Assembly (NCBI RefSeq): GCF_006345805.1
Contig: NC_043003.1
Coordinates: 12,772,001-12,836,000, forward strand
Direction: 5' to 3'
DNA: 64,000 nucleotides
Origin: Octopus sinensis
Lineage: Eukaryota
The stretch's first letter is position 1; each line of letters opens with the position of its first letter. This document shows positions 37,997-51,790 of this stretch, in pieces. The position numbers and the translations under genes are program-made. Below the pieces are notes generated by a model. The model was not told where the DNA came from. It worked only from the letters and a program-made list of their open reading frames with translations, and searched no databases.

Positions 37997-40084
37997 CTAG
38001 CAAAGTAAAATAAAACACAAAATAAATAATGTTTTTACACAAAGTTTGGTGCCCCAGCATGGCCGCAGCCTTCGGTCTTAAACATTTTTAAGGATTTAAG
38101 GAAAGTTAATTTTTTTTAAAACAAAGTAAATAAAACAAAAACAAAGTAAGGATCGACTAAATAGTACCGGGTTTTTGTTTTGCCGAAAACGGGTAGTGTA
38201 TGTATTCTGGGGCACCTCTCTTTGAAAAAGGCATTTTTTTGAAAAAATTCTTTGGATTCCTTCTTTTTCAGTCATTTGTTTATTTATCTGTCTATTTATT
38301 CCTGTCCGTTTATTCATAAAAATATATTTGTCAACAAAATGTAGCGGTCCTCTAGAAGACGGTGTCACTGTTGTTTTTAACCCCAGGAAGACATATCTAT
38401 CTCTTTATACACATATCTATATTCTTATTGAATTTAAAATTTTGAAAACGTGGTTTCTTGCATATGCGAAATATCCGTCATCTAAAACATACGGGGAAAA
38501 AAATTTTTTGAAAAAGTTCAAAAATTTTAAAGTGGTGGGGAGGAGTGGTGTTTGGGATTTTTTTTTTGCATATTCGTAATCTCCAACATCTTAGGAATCC
38601 GAAAAAGTTTTTTTTTTTTCCCAAAAAATGCATTTTTCAAAGAGAGGTGTGAAACTGCATTAGCTCCCGTATTCTTTACCTCCGCCAAATATACATACAA
38701 ATACATATGAACATATAATAATGGTTTCAAATTTTGCCACAAGGGCATGAACATATAATAATGTACATGACTATATAACGAAAATATAAAATTGTATGCG
38801 AGTGCTTGAACTCGGTACATCCGTGTTGGAAACGAGAAGGAAGAAAGTTATAGATACATGGACAATATGTGACAATTTGCATAATTAACCCACAAAGCAC
38901 TGGGATTTGCTCTTACATAGCATGGACTGCTGAGCTCATTTTATGAAAATGAGACTACCATGCACACATAAAAAAAAAAAATAGTTAAATATCTTTTTAG
39001 TATAGGCGTAGGAGTGGCTGTGTGGTAAGTAGCTTGCTTACGAACCACATGGTTCCGGGTTCAGTCCCACTGCATGGCACCTTGAGCAAGTGTCTTCTAC
39101 TATAGCCTCGGGCTGACCAAAGCCTTGTGAGTGACTTTGGTAGTCGGAAACTGAAAGAAGCCCATCGTATATATATATATATATATGCGTGTGTGTGTTT
39201 GTGTGTCTGTGTTTGTCCCCCTAGCATTGCTTGACAACTGATGCTGGTCTGTTTACGTCCCCGTAACTTAGCGGTTTGGCAAAAGAGACCGATAGAATAA
39301 GTACTGGGCTTACAAAAGAATAAGTCCCGGGGTCGAGTTGCTCGATTAAAAGTAGTGCTCCAGCATGGCCGCAGTCAAATGACTGAAACAAGTAAAGAGT
39401 AATATGTGTGTGTGTGTGTATATGTTTGTGTGTCTGTGTTTGTCTCCTCAACATCGCCTGACAACCAATGCTGGTGTGTTTACATCCCCCGTAACTTGCC
39501 AAATGTTCTTGGGGGTGGATAAAGTATTCCTGTCCAGCTCCCATATAAACAGTTCCTTCATCGGAACTCGTGAAAGTGAAATTAAAGTCTATTATGTGTT
39601 CCTTTATGAAGGAACTTTATATGGGAGCTGGACAGGAATACTTTATCCACCCCCCCGTAACATTATCCCGAAACGATTGTAGGATGAATATTAGACCTTA
39701 TCTCTTCCATGTAATACTTATAATTCTTTTTTAATTATTTATATTGTCCATGTATCTATAACTTACTTCCTTCTCATTTCTAACACGGATGTACTGAATT
39801 CAAGCAATCGCATACCATTTTATATTTTCGTTATATATTCATGTTCATATGTATTTGTCTGTATATTTTTATGTATTTTTGTGTAATTCTGTACACGCAT
39901 ATATATTATTTTTACAGTTTTATGAGATTTGCCTTAAGTACTCTGATGTTATAAAGGAAAATTGTTTATTGTTTACCTGAATTTTGTGTCTTCTATCGAT
40001 GACTATATTATTCGTATAGCTCAAATTTTGAGGACCACATTGTTGTTCTATATATGGAATTAATTCCTTCATTCTTTGTGTGTA

Positions 40085-40131
<47 letters not shown>

Positions 40132-41151
40132 TATATATATATCTGACTGGCCCTCGTGATGGTGGCATGTAAAAGCACCCACTACACTTTCGGAGTGGTT
40201 GGCGTTAGGAAGGGCATCCAGCTGTAGAAACTCTGCCAGATCAGATTGGAGCCTGGTGCAGCCGCTGGCTCTCCAGACCTCAATCAAATCATTCAACCCA
40301 TGCTAGCATGGAAAGCGGACGTTAAATGATGATGTGTGTGTGTCATCATCGTCATACGTCCGTTTTCCATGCTGGTGTGGGTTAGATGGTTTCACACGGA
40401 GCTAGCTAACCAGGTGCTGTCCAGACTCCATTTGTCTGTTGTGGCAAGGTTTCTACAACTGGATGCCCTTCCTAACACCAACCACTTAAGAGTGTGCTGG
40501 GTGCTTTTTATGTTCCACAGGTACAGGTGCAGCACTGGCATGGGTTTTTTTTTAAGTGGCTCTGGCACCTGGAAGGACAAGTCTTCTTTATTTGGCTGCA
40601 ACTTCTATTAAATTAAGGGACTGCAGAAAGGGCCTCTCATAAGATCTTAGGCACATTTAATAGCAATATTGCACTGTTCATTACAGTATAGACATATTTA
40701 TATATAATCTTTTATTCTTCCATGCTGGGGTACTACCTTGAAGAGTTTTTAGTTGAATGAATTGACTCTGATACTTATATTTTTGTTAATCCTGGATCTT
40801 ACTCTATTGGTTCCTTTTGCTGAGCTACTAAGTTACAGGGATGTAGAGACAGCAGCACTGGTTGTCAAGTTGTAGTGAGGGACAACGCAGACATAAAGAA
40901 ACACGCACACACACACACACACACATATACGATAGGCTTTTTTCAGTTTCCGTCTACCAAATCCATTCACAAAGCTTTGGTTGGCCCAAGGCTAGAGTAA
41001 AAACCACTTGCTCAAGGTACCACACAGTGATACTGAACTCAGAATCATGTGGTTGAGAAGGAAATTTTACACCACACAGCCATACCTCATAACCATCATA
41101 ATTTTTAATTATTTCATTCATTTTAAACCGATATCTTTTTTTTCTCTCTAG

Positions 41152-41197
41152 ATATTTCAATGGCGGCCCACCTGATCCCACAGATTATGGATGCGAT
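41152..41197 (+). CDS. MED25: MED25 coding exon 2
   Basis: ctctag|A TAT TTC AAT GGC GGC CCA CCT... = YFNGGPPDPTDYGCD, donor gtaagt; 46 nt, phase 2 to 0. Confidence 0.92.
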
Positions 41198-42028
41198 GTA
41201 AGTTGAAAATATTTGTAAACTATTTATTTATTTGCTTTTATAACATATCACGGCACCGACCAGACCATCAGATGTACCCCACTGGTCAGAGTGCGCTTCC
41301 AATTCTGTCTTGATTGCTCCATTCTTTTCCACCTTGATCCAAATCACTTAACCCAGTTGCCTTCCCTTTGTTGTGAAGGCCTTCCAAGTGACCTTTTCTG
41401 ACCGCTTGGTTGGATACCACTTGGTATTTGCACATGTCCACCTGCTCTTTGTGAGCCTTGCAACATGTCTGACCCTACAGAACTTATGCTTTTGTAGTCA
41501 TCATCATCACCATCATCATCACCATCATCATCATTTAATGTCTGTTTTCCATACTGGCATGGATTGGATGGTTTGACAGGAGGTGACCAGCTGAAGGGCT
41601 GTTCAGGCTCTCTGTCTGTTTTGGCATGGTTTCTATGGCTGGATGCCCTTCCTAAAACCAACCACTATACAGAATGTACTGGGTGCTTTTAATGTGGCGC
41701 TAACACTGGCAAGTTTTGTTTTGGCATGGTTTCTGTGACTGGATTCCCCTCCTAACTTCAACCACTTTACAGAATGTCCTGGATGCTTTTACGCATCACC
41801 AGTACGAGTGCTTTTTATGTGGCACCAGCTCTTACAAGCCTGCAAGATTAGTGATGCTCAGCTGGAGAGGGTAGTAGGGGACGAGCCCATATGCAAGAGC
41901 AACCACCATGCTTTTACTTAGCTTGATATGTCTTTTTAAGCACAGCAAACTGCCAGGAGTCTCGGTCCCCTGTCAACCCTTCTGCATTTTTTATTACAAT
42001 TGTTTAAAACTCTTTATTATTTTTGCAG

Positions 42029-42153
42029 TTCAGTTGCACATTGTACGCACTGGTGGCCTTCCATTCTGCTGACATTGCACCAGAGCCTGCTGCACGATGT
42101 TATGCTCCTACTACGAACATTCATACATTCCTTGGATGGTTTGATGGAATTCC
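42029..42153 (+). CDS. MED25: MED25 coding exon 3
   Basis: ttgcag| FSCTLYALVAFHSADIAPEPAARCYAPTTNIHTFLGWFDGI |gtaagt; 125 nt, phase 0 to 2. Confidence 0.92.
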
Positions 42154-42161
42154 GTAAGTTA

Positions 42162-42199
<38 letters not shown>

Positions 42200-43712
42200 C
42201 ATCTTATAAGGCAGCGGGCTGGCAGAATCGTTAGCATGCTGGGCAAAATGCTTAGCGGTATTTCGTCTGTCATGATGTTCTGAGTTCAAAATGCCATTGG
42301 GGTCAACTTTGCCTTTCATCCTTTTGGGATTAATAAATTAAGTATCAGTTAGGCATTGGGGACAATGTAATCGACTTAATCCCTTCCCCCAAATTTGAAG
42401 CCTTGTGCTTCCAGTAGAAAGGATTATTATTATTAATGTAAGGTGGCAAGGTGGCAGAATCGTTAGCACACCAGGTGTAATGCTTAGCAGCATTTCGTCT
42501 GTCCTTATGTTCTGAGTTCAAATTCCACCAAAATTGAGTTTGCTTTTCATCCTTTCAGGGTCAATAACATAAGTACCCATTAAATAATGGGGTTGATGTA
42601 ATCAACATACCCCTTCCCTGAAATTGCTGGCCTTGTGCTAAAATTTGAAATCATCGTCATTATTATTGTTGTTGTTGCTGTTATTATTTAAGGTGGAGAG
42701 CTGGCACAATTGTTACCACACTGGGCAAAATGCTTAGCAGTATTTTGTCTGTCCATAAGGCGGTGAGATGGCAGAAGGGCTAAGTGCTTAGTGGTATTTC
42801 ATCTGCCGTTACATTTTGAGTTCAAATTCTGCCAAAGTCTACTTTGCCTTTCATCCTTTCGGGGTCGATAAATTAAGTACTAGTTACGCACTGGATTCGA
42901 TGTAATCGACTTAATCCCTTTTCTGTACTTGTTTGTCCCTTCTGTGTTTAGCCCCCTTGTGGGCAGTAAAGAAATAAGTATTTTGTCCGTCCTTAGCATT
43001 CTAAGTTCAGATTCCAAGAAGGTTGACTTTGCCTTTCAAGATCAATAAAATAAATACTAGTGGAGCGCTGGGGTCATTCATCACCATCATTTACTGTCCG
43101 TTTGACTGGACTAGCATGCTGGAAGGCTGCACCAGGCTCCAGTCTGATTTGGCATGGTTTTCTATGGCTGGATGCTCTTCCTAACGTCAACCAGTCTGAG
43201 AGTGTAATGGCTGTTTTTACGTGCCACTGGCATTGGTGTCATTTGCACAAAACTGGTATCTGCCATGACTGATTTTGTTCGGCTTGATGATGGGTCTTCT
43301 TCTTAAGCATGGCATAATGCTAAGGGTCTTGGTCATTGCTTCCATAAGGCCCAACACTCAAAAGGAACCCGGCCACTTTTCCTCCATGGGGCCCAATGCT
43401 TGAAAGGAACTCAGCCACCATGCCTCTGTGAGACCCAACACTCGAAAGGAACTCAGCCACTTACCTCTTTGAGGCCCTATGCTCAAAGTCACCTTGCCTT
43501 TTTGAGGCCCAACACTTGAAAGGAACTCAACCCCACTTGCCTTGCAGTCATTGTAATCAACTAACCCCTTCCCTCCCAGATTTCAGGCCTTGAGCTAATA
43601 ACAGGAAGGATTATTATTATTTAAGGTGGTGAGCTGGTAGAATCAGTAACATACCGGGCAAAATGCTGGTAAGCATTTTGCTTGTCCTTATGTTCTGAGT
43701 TCTAACTCCGCC

Positions 43713-44468
43713 AAGGTTGACATTGCCTTTCATCCTTTTGGGCCCAATAAAATAAGTACCAGTTGCGTGCTGGGGTCAATGGTAATGGACTTACTCACTG
43801 CCCCAAAATTGTTGGCCTCATATCAGATTTTGAAATCATCTATAATACATTAAAAGTCATATTGAATCTTGCTTGCTTGCAATGTCACTCAGCCAAACTG
43901 GCACATAATGGGAAAATACTATGAATTAATAAATCTCAGAGCGAGTTATAAACAGTAGCTACAACACATCGTGACGTATATTTGCCATTTAAATATGGCT
44001 AACCCCTAAGGATGGATGCTACTGTAGTTTGTAGCCCAGGAGGACACCTCCTCCAGCTGGTTATAGACACACTTTCCCTTTGCAAATACTGATAGGGCAC
44101 AGAAAGTGTGTCTATAGCCAGCTGGAGGAGGTGTCCTTCTGGGCTACAAACTACAGTAGCATCCATCCTTAGGGGTTAGCCATATTTAAATGGCAAATAT
44201 ACGTCACGATGTGTTGTAGCTACTGTTTATAACTCGCTCTGAGATTTATTATTAATTCATAGTATTTTCCCATTATGTGCCAGTTTGGCTGAGTGACATT
44301 GCAAGCAAGCAAGATTCAATATGACTTTTAAAGTATTATAGATGATTTCAAAATCTGATATGACGCCAACAATTTTGGGGCAGTGAGTAAGTCCATTACC
44401 ATCGACCCCAGCATGCAACTGGTACTTATTTTATTGGGCCCAAAAGGATGAAAGGCAATGTCAACCTT
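43713..44468. repeat. Inverted duplication, ~365-bp arms, 25-bp spacer
   Basis: 43713-44076 is the near-perfect reverse complement of 44102-44468. Confidence 0.92.
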
Positions 44469-44765
44469 AGGGGTTAACCATATTTAAATGGCAAATATAC
44501 GTCACTATGAATTAAGTTTCCCCTGAAATGTACATACAAACAGTATGAAACAAATTTCACGTAAATTGGATAAGTGGTTGTGAAGATGTTAAGGGTTTTT
44601 GGGGTATAAATACTCAAAACGGTGCACAAAGGGAAAAGTCTCTGAAGTTAACTTAATCCTGAAAAAAAACGGGTTAAATTCATCATCATCATCATCATCG
44701 TTTAGTGTCCGTTTTCCATGCTAGCATGGGTTGTATGAATTAATTAATTTTTCTTTTATTTTTAG

Positions 44766-44864
44766 ATTTATTGGTGGTGCTGGTGAAGGCAAAAGTCACA
44801 TAGCAGAAGGTTTAAGTACTGCTATTCAAGTTTTTGATGATTTCAGTAAAAAGAGACATCCCAG
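44766..44864 (+). CDS. MED25: MED25 coding exon 4
   Basis: tttag| FIGGAGEGKSHIAEGLSTAIQVFDDFSKKRHP |gtttgt; 99 nt, phase 2 to 2. Confidence 0.92.
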
Positions 44865-45010
44865 GTTTGTCCTAACTAGAAATACTTTTTCTAATGCTTT
44901 TGCATTTTGACAACAATGACAATACTATAGCCTCGGGCCGACCAAAGCCTTGTGAGTAGATTTGGTAGATGGAAACTGAAAGAGGCCTATTGTATATATG
45001 TATATATATA

Positions 45011-45079
<69 letters not shown>

Positions 45080-47030
45080 ATATATGTGTGTGTATATATA
45101 TATGTATATGTGTATGTGTGTGTGTGTGTGTATATGTGTGTGTCTGTTTGTTCCCCCAACATCGTTTGACAACCGATGCTGGTGTGTTTACGTCACCATA
45201 ACTTAGCAGTTCGGCAAAAGAGACCAATAGAGTAAGTACTAGGCTTACAAAAGAATAAGTCCTGGGGTCGATTTACTAGACTAAAGGCGGTGCTCCAGCA
45301 TGGCCACAGTCAAATGACTGAAAAGAGTAAAAGAGTAATACTGTGACTTTAATCCAAGAGGCATAACTATGGATAAAGAAGCATGCCAATGAAGGAGTCT
45401 CTATGCAGTTACTCAATCTGCTAGAAATAGCAACTAAACCTTCCTCAATTTACACCCTAGATTTTCCATTAATAAATGGCTATGTTGGATAATGTAGCAC
45501 TCGATACCCTGTTCATCATCATCATCATCATCATTTAACATCTGTTGTTCATGCTGGAATGGGTTTGATGGTTTAACTTGGGTTGGTAAGATGAGGGGCT
45601 GCACCAGACTCCAGTCTGATTTTGCATGGTTTCTACGGCTGGATGCCCTTCCTAGCACCAACCACTCCGAGAGTGTAATGGGTACTTTTACGTGCCAGTT
45701 GCATGACACTGGTATCTGCCACAATTATGATTTCAGGACAAATGGGTTAAACAATGACAATAAATAGAGAAAAGCCAAAAGAGAATTATTGCCAGAAACG
45801 TAGTTCTAGCCTAATACTTCATCATCATCCAGTGTTTTAGATCAGGATTTTGCCCCCGTTAACGGGGATGGCTGCATCTACCTCAATGCCATAGCAACTG
45901 AGGTAGGCAGGTGCAGCCCACTCCAACCTTTTGGCTGGCTGGTGTCCATTCTACTTTGCTATCATGAGGCCTTCTGGAGTTGGATTTTCTACGGGGAGCA
46001 TGCCCTTGCTTACCCCCAATCTCAGTTTCTAGACATGAGTGGTCCTGAGACCAAGGCCTCTACCATGATTTTTAAGAAATGTGGAAAACTAGCTCAGGAA
46101 GGCAGGGATGCTACTCCCTGAGACCCCTTTCGGAGCCCCGCTACCTATAAGAAATGAGAAAGCTGTTCTGTTGATCAGATCACCTGGAACCATTATTGTA
46201 ACTGACAAAGTGCCAGTTTGAATTGACTATACTGTTGGGAAGCAAGCTTCTTTACTGTGTGTGCACAAACACTCAGTAAAGAAGCTCTGTAATGTATGTA
46301 GAATTCCCTCTCTCTCTCGGAGAGGTACAAGCACATACACACGGCAGTAACTTCTGCCTACCAAATTCAATCACAAAGCTTCGGTCGGCCTGGGGCTATA
46401 GCAGAAGAAAGACACTTGCCCAAAGTGCCACGCGGTGGGACTGAACCCGAAATTATGTGAACTAATGTCAAATATACTGCAAGGTGCTAGCAGTGTGCTT
46501 GATCTGAAGACCCATAAGTTGGTGGTCCAGTGCCATATGAACCCAACCGTTTTGCTTCTGCTACTGCTGCCACATCAGTGGTCAGTATCTAGCTATTGAG
46601 GTTGTTTTAATTAGAGTCTATTCTATGTTTTCCTCGCGGTTTCGATTCCCAGACCGGGCGTTGTGAGTGTTTATTGAGCGAAAACACCTAAAGCTCCACG
46701 AGGCTCCGGCAGGGGGTGGTGGTGATCCCTGCTGTACTCTTTCACCACAACTTTCACCACAACTTTCTCTCACTCTTACTTCCTGTTTCTGTAGTACCTG
46801 TATTTCAAAGGGCCGGCCTTGTCACTCTTCTGTGTCACGCTGAATATCCCCGAGAACTACATTAAGGGTACACGTGTCTGTGGAGTGCTCAGCCACTTAC
46901 ACGTTAATTTCACGAGCAGGCTGTTCCGTTGTTGTTTAATCCTAGATCAGATTGAAGCGATCTGTGATCAAAGACATTCCATACGACCATAATGCTTTTT
47001 GTTTCTCTGACAGTAGACTACACTGTACCA

Positions 47031-47224
47031 GACGTTCAAGAATTTGGACCTGGAGATCTCCACTTCCAGCGACTAGGGCCACCTCCCATTGGTGTCGGGC
47101 GTCAACGAAGAGCCCTCGGCTACAAGACGACCAAAGTTTTTTTTTTCCCAAGGTCTGGGGTCTCCTAAGCCCTAGACCATCACCTAATCACCCTTACCTG
47201 TCTTGTTGCTTAACAACAACAACA
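47031..47224 (+). mobile_element. ~195-bp SINE-like retroelement with HDV-like ribozyme head and (AAC)n tail, intact copy
   Basis: 11-bp TSD acactgtacca (47020-47030, 47225-47235); homologous to 29856-30457. Confidence 0.75.
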
Positions 47225-47473
47225 ACACTGTACCATGTGTTCTTCCCTTTTACAAGAAAATTTAAGGGAGACTTGGCTATTATTTCTAGCAAATTGAGCG
47301 ACCTCACATAAGATCTCACATTCAATCATTAGTTTTTTTAATTTGTTTATGGAATATTTCAAAAGAAATTATTTATATAATGCTAATATCTAATTGTGTT
47401 CTTTAGGTATGATGTGGCTTCACTACAGTTTCCTTCTAATTATAAAAATTATTTTTGATATTTTTCATTTTAG

Positions 47474-47594
47474 TATCAAACCACAGTGCCATTGTATATT
47501 AGTGACGAATTCTCCACCATATCAGATCCCAAGCTATCAAGTAAAGAATTATGCTGGTCATACTTGTGAAGATCTTGTCAAAATGATGTCAAAT
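47474..47594 (+). CDS. MED25: MED25 coding exon 5
   Basis: ttttag| IKPQCHCILVTNSPPYQIPSYQVKNYAGHTCEDLVKMMSN |gtaagt; 121 nt, phase 2 to 0. Confidence 0.92.
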
Positions 47595-47919
47595 GTAAGT
47601 TTCACTCTTTGTCTTCTTATTCTTATTTTGCATCTGAATTTTGAAACCACATGAATTTCAGGTTCAGCCCCACTTTGTGGCACCTTGAGCAAGTGTCTTC
47701 TACTGCAAACCAGGGTTAACCAAATCCTTATGAAAAGATTTGGTAGATGGAAATGGCAGGAAGCCTGTTACATACTGTACACTCTGTTAAGTGGCTGGTG
47801 TTTGGAAGGGCAACCAGCAGTACAAACAATGCCGAAGCAGATGTAGAATCTGGTACAACCCTCTGGCTGGACTGTTCTTGTTGAAACATCTAGCCCATGC
47901 CAACATGAAAAAGGGAATG

Positions 47920-48208
47920 TTAACCCTTTAGTGTTTAAACTGGCCATATCCGGCCCAAATTGGCCATATCCTGCTCAATATGGCTATATCCTGCCCAAAT
48001 TGGCCATATCCGGCACAAATATTCTACATGTTTTATGTTCAAACTGGCCATACCTAACCTCTCACACCTAATGTACAGTGACATTCTTAAAATACACAAT
48101 CAGATCATTGAAACCTCAAAGCTATAAACATAATGCATGATTAATTCAAAACAATTTGAGTGAAAAAGTATTACATTTAATAGAGAAATTTGAATACCAA
48201 AGGGTTAA
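47920..48208. mobile_element. piggyBac-type MITE
   Basis: ttaa|ccctttag ... caaaggg|ttaa; related to 56068-56294; internal tandem tggccatatcc repeats. Confidence 0.75.
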
Positions 48209-48214
48209 ATGATC

Positions 48215-48775
48215 TTGACTTGTCTTGTAACAGCATTCAACCAGGAGGGGTTAAGCCAGCTCCTATTGAGTTCACCGTGTCATAGGTTAAGGCAGTCCAT
48301 GCCTGTATGTTGGCGGCTGATTCTGCAATGTGTTGAAGCTGTTCCCAGTTCCTGCAACAAACACCAAAGACTCGAGGGTCAAAAGCGAGTTCCATATCTG
48401 CTTTGACTTTCATGAGCCATGTCTTCAGCTGACCAATTCCGGGGGAGAATCTGGCACTATCATTTTCTGGATGAGAAATCGTCATGGCAGCGCTGTGATG
48501 TGCGACCAAACTACTATAGTCTTCTTGTCAGGAGAGTTCACTCAAGAGGCGAGAGACCGCAGCAAACAAAGTTGTCGGTTTGAAATGCAGTTTGAGATAT
48601 GCAGTCAGGGAAGACGACGAATACAGAAGCAATAGAAGACCTCCAGCTTCTGGAGATTGGCAACACGCAGTGGCTAGTCTCACAGCCATAAGAAGGAACC
48701 ATTTGGATGAGTGCCTGGTGAATATGGCATTTTGTTACAAGGTGGATTTCCTGCGTGACCACAAGCACTTACATG
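48215..48775 (-). mobile_element. Decayed RTE-clade LINE fragment
   Basis: IHLVTKCHIHQALIQMVPSYGCET resembles the post-RT KL.IY.A....L.YGCETW motif; similar LYGSET fragment at ~51450-51575. Confidence 0.6.
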
Positions 48776-50317
48776 ATGATGATGATACATATACATGATG
48801 GGTATCATTCAGTTTCTTATTTCTTTATTGTCCACAAGGGGCTAAACATAAAGGGGACAAACAAGGACAGACAAAGGGATTAAGTCGATTACATCGACCC
48901 CAGTGTGCAACTGGTACTTAATTTATCGACCCTGAAAGGATGAAAGGCAAAATCGACTTTGGTGGAATTTGAACTCAGAACGTAACAGCAGACACAATAC
49001 CTATTTCTTTACTACCCACAAGGGGCTAAACACAGAGAGGACAAACATGGACAGACAAACGGATTAAGTCGATTATATCGACCCCAGTGCGTAACTGGTA
49101 CTTATTTAATCGACCCCGAAAGGATGAAAGGCAAAGTCGACTTTGGCGGAATTTGAACTCAGAATGTAACGGCAGACGAAATACGGCTACGCATTTCGCC
49201 TGGCGTGCTAACGATTTTGCCAGCTCACCGCCTTTCAGTTTCTGTCTACCAAATCCTTACAGGAGTCTTTGGTTGGATCAGGGCGATGGTAGAAGACGCC
49301 TGAAGCGCTTTGCAGTGAAATTGAAACTTGTAGGTCTTTCTGACTGTGACTGTTAATACAAGGGAAATAACCATCCCATTACAACACGCGGCCGGATTAG
49401 AATTTTGATTTTGAAATTAAGGAATACATAGAAGATATTTACTTTTTAATTAAACGAAATTTAATTAAAAATAAAAAAAAAGAAACATTTAGTAGGTATA
49501 TAATGCAATGCACTTGTATCTGTGAACTCAAGAGAGCAAATGTTATTGTTGCCACTGTGTGTGTGTGAGTGTGTGTTACAGGTTATAGTAGAAGACACTT
49601 TGCCATGGTGCTGCACATTGGGGCTGAACCACCTGAAATCACATGATTTGGAAACAAGCTTCTTAGCCACAATCACAACCTGCACTTATATATATATCAT
49701 CATCGTTTAGCGTCCGCTTTCCATGCTAGCATGGGTTGGACGGTTCAACTGGGGTCTGGGAGGCCAGAAGGCTGCACCAGGCCCAGTCTGATCTGGCAAA
49801 GTTTCTATGGCTGGATGCCCTTCCTAACGCCAACCACTCCGTGAGTGTAGTGGGTGCTTTTTATGTGCCATGGCACAGGTGCCAGACGAGGCTGGCAAAC
49901 GGCCACGATTGGATGGTGTATTTTACGTGCCATATCATCATCGTCATCATCGTCGTTTAACGTCCGTTCTCCATGCTAGCATGGGTTGGACGGTTCGACC
50001 GGGGTTCTGGGAAGCCAGAAGGCTGCACCAGGCTCCATCTAATTTGGCAATGTTTCTACAGCTGGATGCCCTTCCTAACGCCAACCACTCCGTGAGTGTA
50101 GTGGGTGCTTTTTACGTGCCACCTCCACAGGTGCCAGGCGGGGCTGGCAACGGCCACGGTCAGATTGGTGTATTTTATGTGCCACCGCACGGAAGCCAGT
50201 CGAGGCGGTGCTGGCATCGGCCACGAGTCAGATAGTGCTTTTTACGTACCACCAGACCAGGGATCCTGGCTGGTTCAATTCGATTTTGATTTCGCTTGCC
50301 CCAACATATATATATAT

Positions 50318-50365
<48 letters not shown>

Positions 50366-50438
50366 CACACACACACACACACATTTACAAACATAAGATA
50401 ATCAGTTTGATTTATATGTCTTTTTATTCTATTTTCAG

Positions 50439-50504
50439 AAAGGAATCAATTTCTCTATAATTTCCCCCAGAAAAATTCCAACTTTATTGCGGCTGTTTGA
50501 AGAG
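50439..50504 (+). CDS. MED25: MED25 coding exon 6
   Basis: tttcag| KGINFSIISPRKIPTLLRLFEE |gtttgt; 66 nt, phase 0 to 0. Confidence 0.9.
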
Positions 50505-51718
50505 GTTTGTGCATATTTAATTCTTCATAATTTTTGTCCCTTTCTACCACTTAAAGTCAATACCTTTGTAATAGATAACATTCAGTCTGAATTATCAGTA
50601 AAGAAAAAAAATTTTAAATCTACTCATTTGACAATCAGTGTTTCTAATTGATTTCTTTAATCGTTGATTACTTATTATCCGATAGAATCATCATTATCAT
50701 TTTGAATCCAGGATTTGTTCCCATTAACAGGGGTGGCCGGATTCTACCTCAGTGCCATAGCAACCACCCTCACACCATCTCGCCTGGTTTTGGGCATCCT
50801 CCCTTCTCAAGCCAACCCTCCCAATCTCCTCCTCTAACTGTCCCCGCCACATTTTCCTCGGTCTGCCACGCTTTCACTGTCCATTTACCTCAAACTCTAG
50901 AACCCTCTTCAGAACATGCTCCTCATCCCTCCTCAACACATGCCCATACCACCACGCTCCATTTGCCCTTGCCAGCCATTCCACTGATTCCTCCAACCCC
51001 AGCATTCCCACAAGTCCTCAGTCCTCCTCTTATCAAACAGCTTCACTTGAAATCGATCAACATCTATGGAAATTGTATCTGTGATGCCAGTGGCAACCAT
51101 CCGAACATGGCCGTTGCCAGTGCTGGCCCGACTGACCTCCGTGCCGGTGGCACGTAAAAAGCACCATCTGATTGTGGTCATGCCAGCCTCGTCTGGCCCT
51201 CCGTGCTGGTGGCACTTAAAAAGCACCATCCGATCGTGGCCGTTTGCCAGCCTCATCTGGCACCTGTGGAGGTGGCACGTAAAAAGCACCCACTACACTC
51301 ACGGAGTGGTTGGCGTTAGGAAGGGCATCCAGCTGTAGAAACACTGCCAGATCAGACTGGGCCTGGTGCAGCCTTCTGGCTTCCCAGACCCCAGTTGAAC
51401 CGTCCAACCCATGCTAGCATGGAAAACGGACGTTAAACGATGATGATGATTGCCCTCTCAGTCCTTCTCAAAATTACCATCTCTCTCTCTCTCCTCAAAC
51501 ACCCTGTCTCACTCCCATACAGCATTGCAGCTCTCACACAGCTCCTATAGATCTTTCTTTTCATCTTTAACTCCTGGAATATTAAATCTGCTTTGAAACC
51601 ATATGACATTGGGTTCAATTCCTCCTTGCAGCAGCATTTAGGGCAAGTGTCTTCTAACATAGCCTTACACTGACCTATGTCTTGTGAGTGTATTTTGTAG
51701 ATGGAAACTGTGTAGAAG

Positions 51719-51790
<72 letters not shown>

